The notes below the pieces were generated by a model that saw only the letters and a list, made by a program, of their open reading frames with translations, had not been told where the DNA came from and did no database searches. This document shows positions 61,945-64,000 of a stretch of DNA of 64,000 nt, in pieces (positions within the stretch are counted from its first letter, which is position 1; each line of letters opens with the position of its first letter). The stretch comes from Takakia lepidozioides (taxonomy: Eukaryota > Plantae > Bryophyta), in NCBI GenBank assembly GCA_030704615.1, contig CM060732.1:27962001-28026000 (forward strand), written 5' to 3'. Made by a program: the position numbers and the translations under genes.

Positions 61945-62705
61945 TTGGTCGAGCTGAAGGACCAACTCAAGGATCTAATGTCAAAGGGGTACATCCGACC
62001 GAGTAAGTCACCTTACGGAGCCCCGGTGCTATTCGCAAACAAGAAGGATGGAACGTTGCGGATGTGTGTCGATTACAGGGCTCTGAATAAGGTGACTATC
62101 AAAAACCGGTACCCTTTGCCAAGGATCGACGACCTCTTCAATCGGTTGGTAGCAGCCGGATCGATTTGCATTCCGGCTACCATCAAATCCGAGTGGCGGA
62201 AGGAGATGAGGAGAAGACCGCATGCAAGACAAGGTATGGTTCATACGAGTTCTTGGTGATGGCTTTTGGGCTCACCAACGCACCCGCAACCTTTAGCACG
62301 CTAATGAACAGCCTTTTCCAGGAGTGGTTGGATGACTTTGTGATCGTGTACATCGACGACATCTTGGTGTACTCGAAAACAAATAAAGAGCATCTGGAGC
62401 ACCTCAAAACGGTGTTCCAGAAATTGCGAGAAGGGAAGCTGTATGCCAAAGCTTCAAAGTGCAAATTCGGGGTCACGAAAGTGGAGTTCCTGGGGCATAT
62501 GATTACACAGGATGGGATCAAAATGGATGACAGAAAGGTGAGGACGATCTTGGACTGGGAGCCTCCGACTTCGGTCCCGGGAGTGCGATCCTTCCTAGGA
62601 CTCGCCTCCTATTATCGAGAGTATGTGAGAAATTTCGTCAAGGTCGCGGGGCCGCTATCGGACCTTCTGTGTAAGTCTAAGGTATGGGTATGGAACACCT
62701 TTTGG
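61945..62705 (+). mobile_element. Older chromovirus copy, continuation (RT fragment)
   Basis: Starts TTGGTCGAGCTGAAG, exactly the sequence following the 29187/29188 break in intact copies (compare 13971-13990); [14 protein letters not shown]. Confidence 0.92.
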
Positions 62706-64000
62706 CTTTGAGGTAGCCTATACTATATGCGCACACAAATGCATGCATATGGAGGAATGTATGCGTGCATACAAATTTTAGATATGCATAGGAACAATTT
62801 TATATGCACAACACTTAAATAAGGGTACCCAAAAAAAATAAAAAATTGTGATTCATCTAATCTTAGGGTCCGTAGTCAAAATATCAAAGGATGGAATAAG
62901 AATATTCTATATAGAATATTCCATATTCATTGTAGATTTTTCCACATGGATGAGTGTAGGAATGGGAGATGAACATGTTGCTTTTATGGCTTTCCAACAT
63001 GAGAAAAAAGGTCAAAAAATTAAAAAGTGACGAGGCACGGCTCCTTGTTAGATACAAATGGTGAAGGTACGGGCTCTTCCAATGGTGGGAGTCTAGTTTG
63101 AAGTTCAGAATGGAGCAATGCTAAGGGAATGCTAGGGAGCTTGACAATGCTAGGGAGCTTTGTTACATAGGTTTTGCAGTATCTATATATCTATCTTCTG
63201 AAACATTTTTATTTTACAAAAACATAATGTCCATCAGAGATAGAACCCACAACCTATCGGGTATCAAGCCTAGTTCATACCACTACACTACCCATTCAGA
63301 CTTGAAACACTAATGAAATGAAACACTAATGAGATAAAGATAGTCACTCTGTGTGTACATAAAATGCCACAATACTCATAAGGGTTGATCTTACTAATGA
63401 TGAAATTTGATAGTGCTGAAGTGCATGTCGAACTTACATTAAGGTAAAGGGATCTATGAAATGCAGTAGAGATCTATATACAAACTATTACATAGATAAA
63501 TCAAATGACAGGAAGATAACATGAAATCTGATTTCAACACCATGTCATTTGCCCCATTTGTTTTACCTTACACTAGAGAGAAATACATGTATCATAAAAA
63601 TAACAAAAAACTCGGACTGACAATGAGGACAATGTATTGTATATGTAATTTCTAATTACCTACATAACATCATCAGCTGATACTTCATCATCCGTGTCAT
63701 AAGCCTGTGATTCAGAGGCATACACATCCATGAAAGCCTCAACTCTACGCAACCTATCACGGATTGTCCAACAATAGCTGCTCTTCGGTCAAACAACAGA
63801 TCATTGGAAAGACCTACATCACGTTGTTGATGTATTGAATGCAAAGCTTGGGACTCGACATATGAAGGTAGATAAAACGATGAAAGAGGACTTTGGGGTA
63901 GACTATCGTAGATGGTCCGCACAATCCCATCACTGCATCACACATACATGTATACTTATGTTAACAAATCAAATGGGAATGGTTTGCTTTGCAAATAATA

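Noticed and set aside
63571-63590. CACTAGAGAGAAA as another CACTA terminus
   Set aside because: No subterminal repeats or partner TIR visible in the window.

Overview
This is a eukaryotic, transposon-saturated window with no intact host gene. Lineage is most likely a non-seed streptophyte such as a moss or other bryophyte (inferred from Met-primed chromoviruses, CACTA and MULE elements, and a plant-type intron-containing primase fragment). The headline is a minus-strand Ty3/gypsy retrotransposon (~166-25645) whose pol region reads gag-protease-C5 cytosine DNA methyltransferase (DNMT3-like, catalytic PCQ intact)-RT-RNaseH-integrase-PHD finger, so it carries both a methylation writer and a histone reader. 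Its gag is interrupted by a chromovirus (7868-21585, TSD CTGAC), which in turn contains a second copy of the same family in opposite orientation (~11335-18169). A third, older chromovirus copy is split into 27121-29188 and 61945-62705 by a ~32.8 kb segment. Both ends of that segment fall at almost the same codon of a CACTA Tnp2 gene in permuted order, as expected for an integrated DNA circle. The segment contains a CACTA TnpA-like gene with a captured FCP1/NIF phosphatase-like domain, LINE fragments (one PCIF1-like), two DNA primase exons, tandem repeats, a second Tnp2 fragment and a MULE/SWIM transposase. Many single-base frameshifts, often in homopolymers, could be assembly errors rather than decay.
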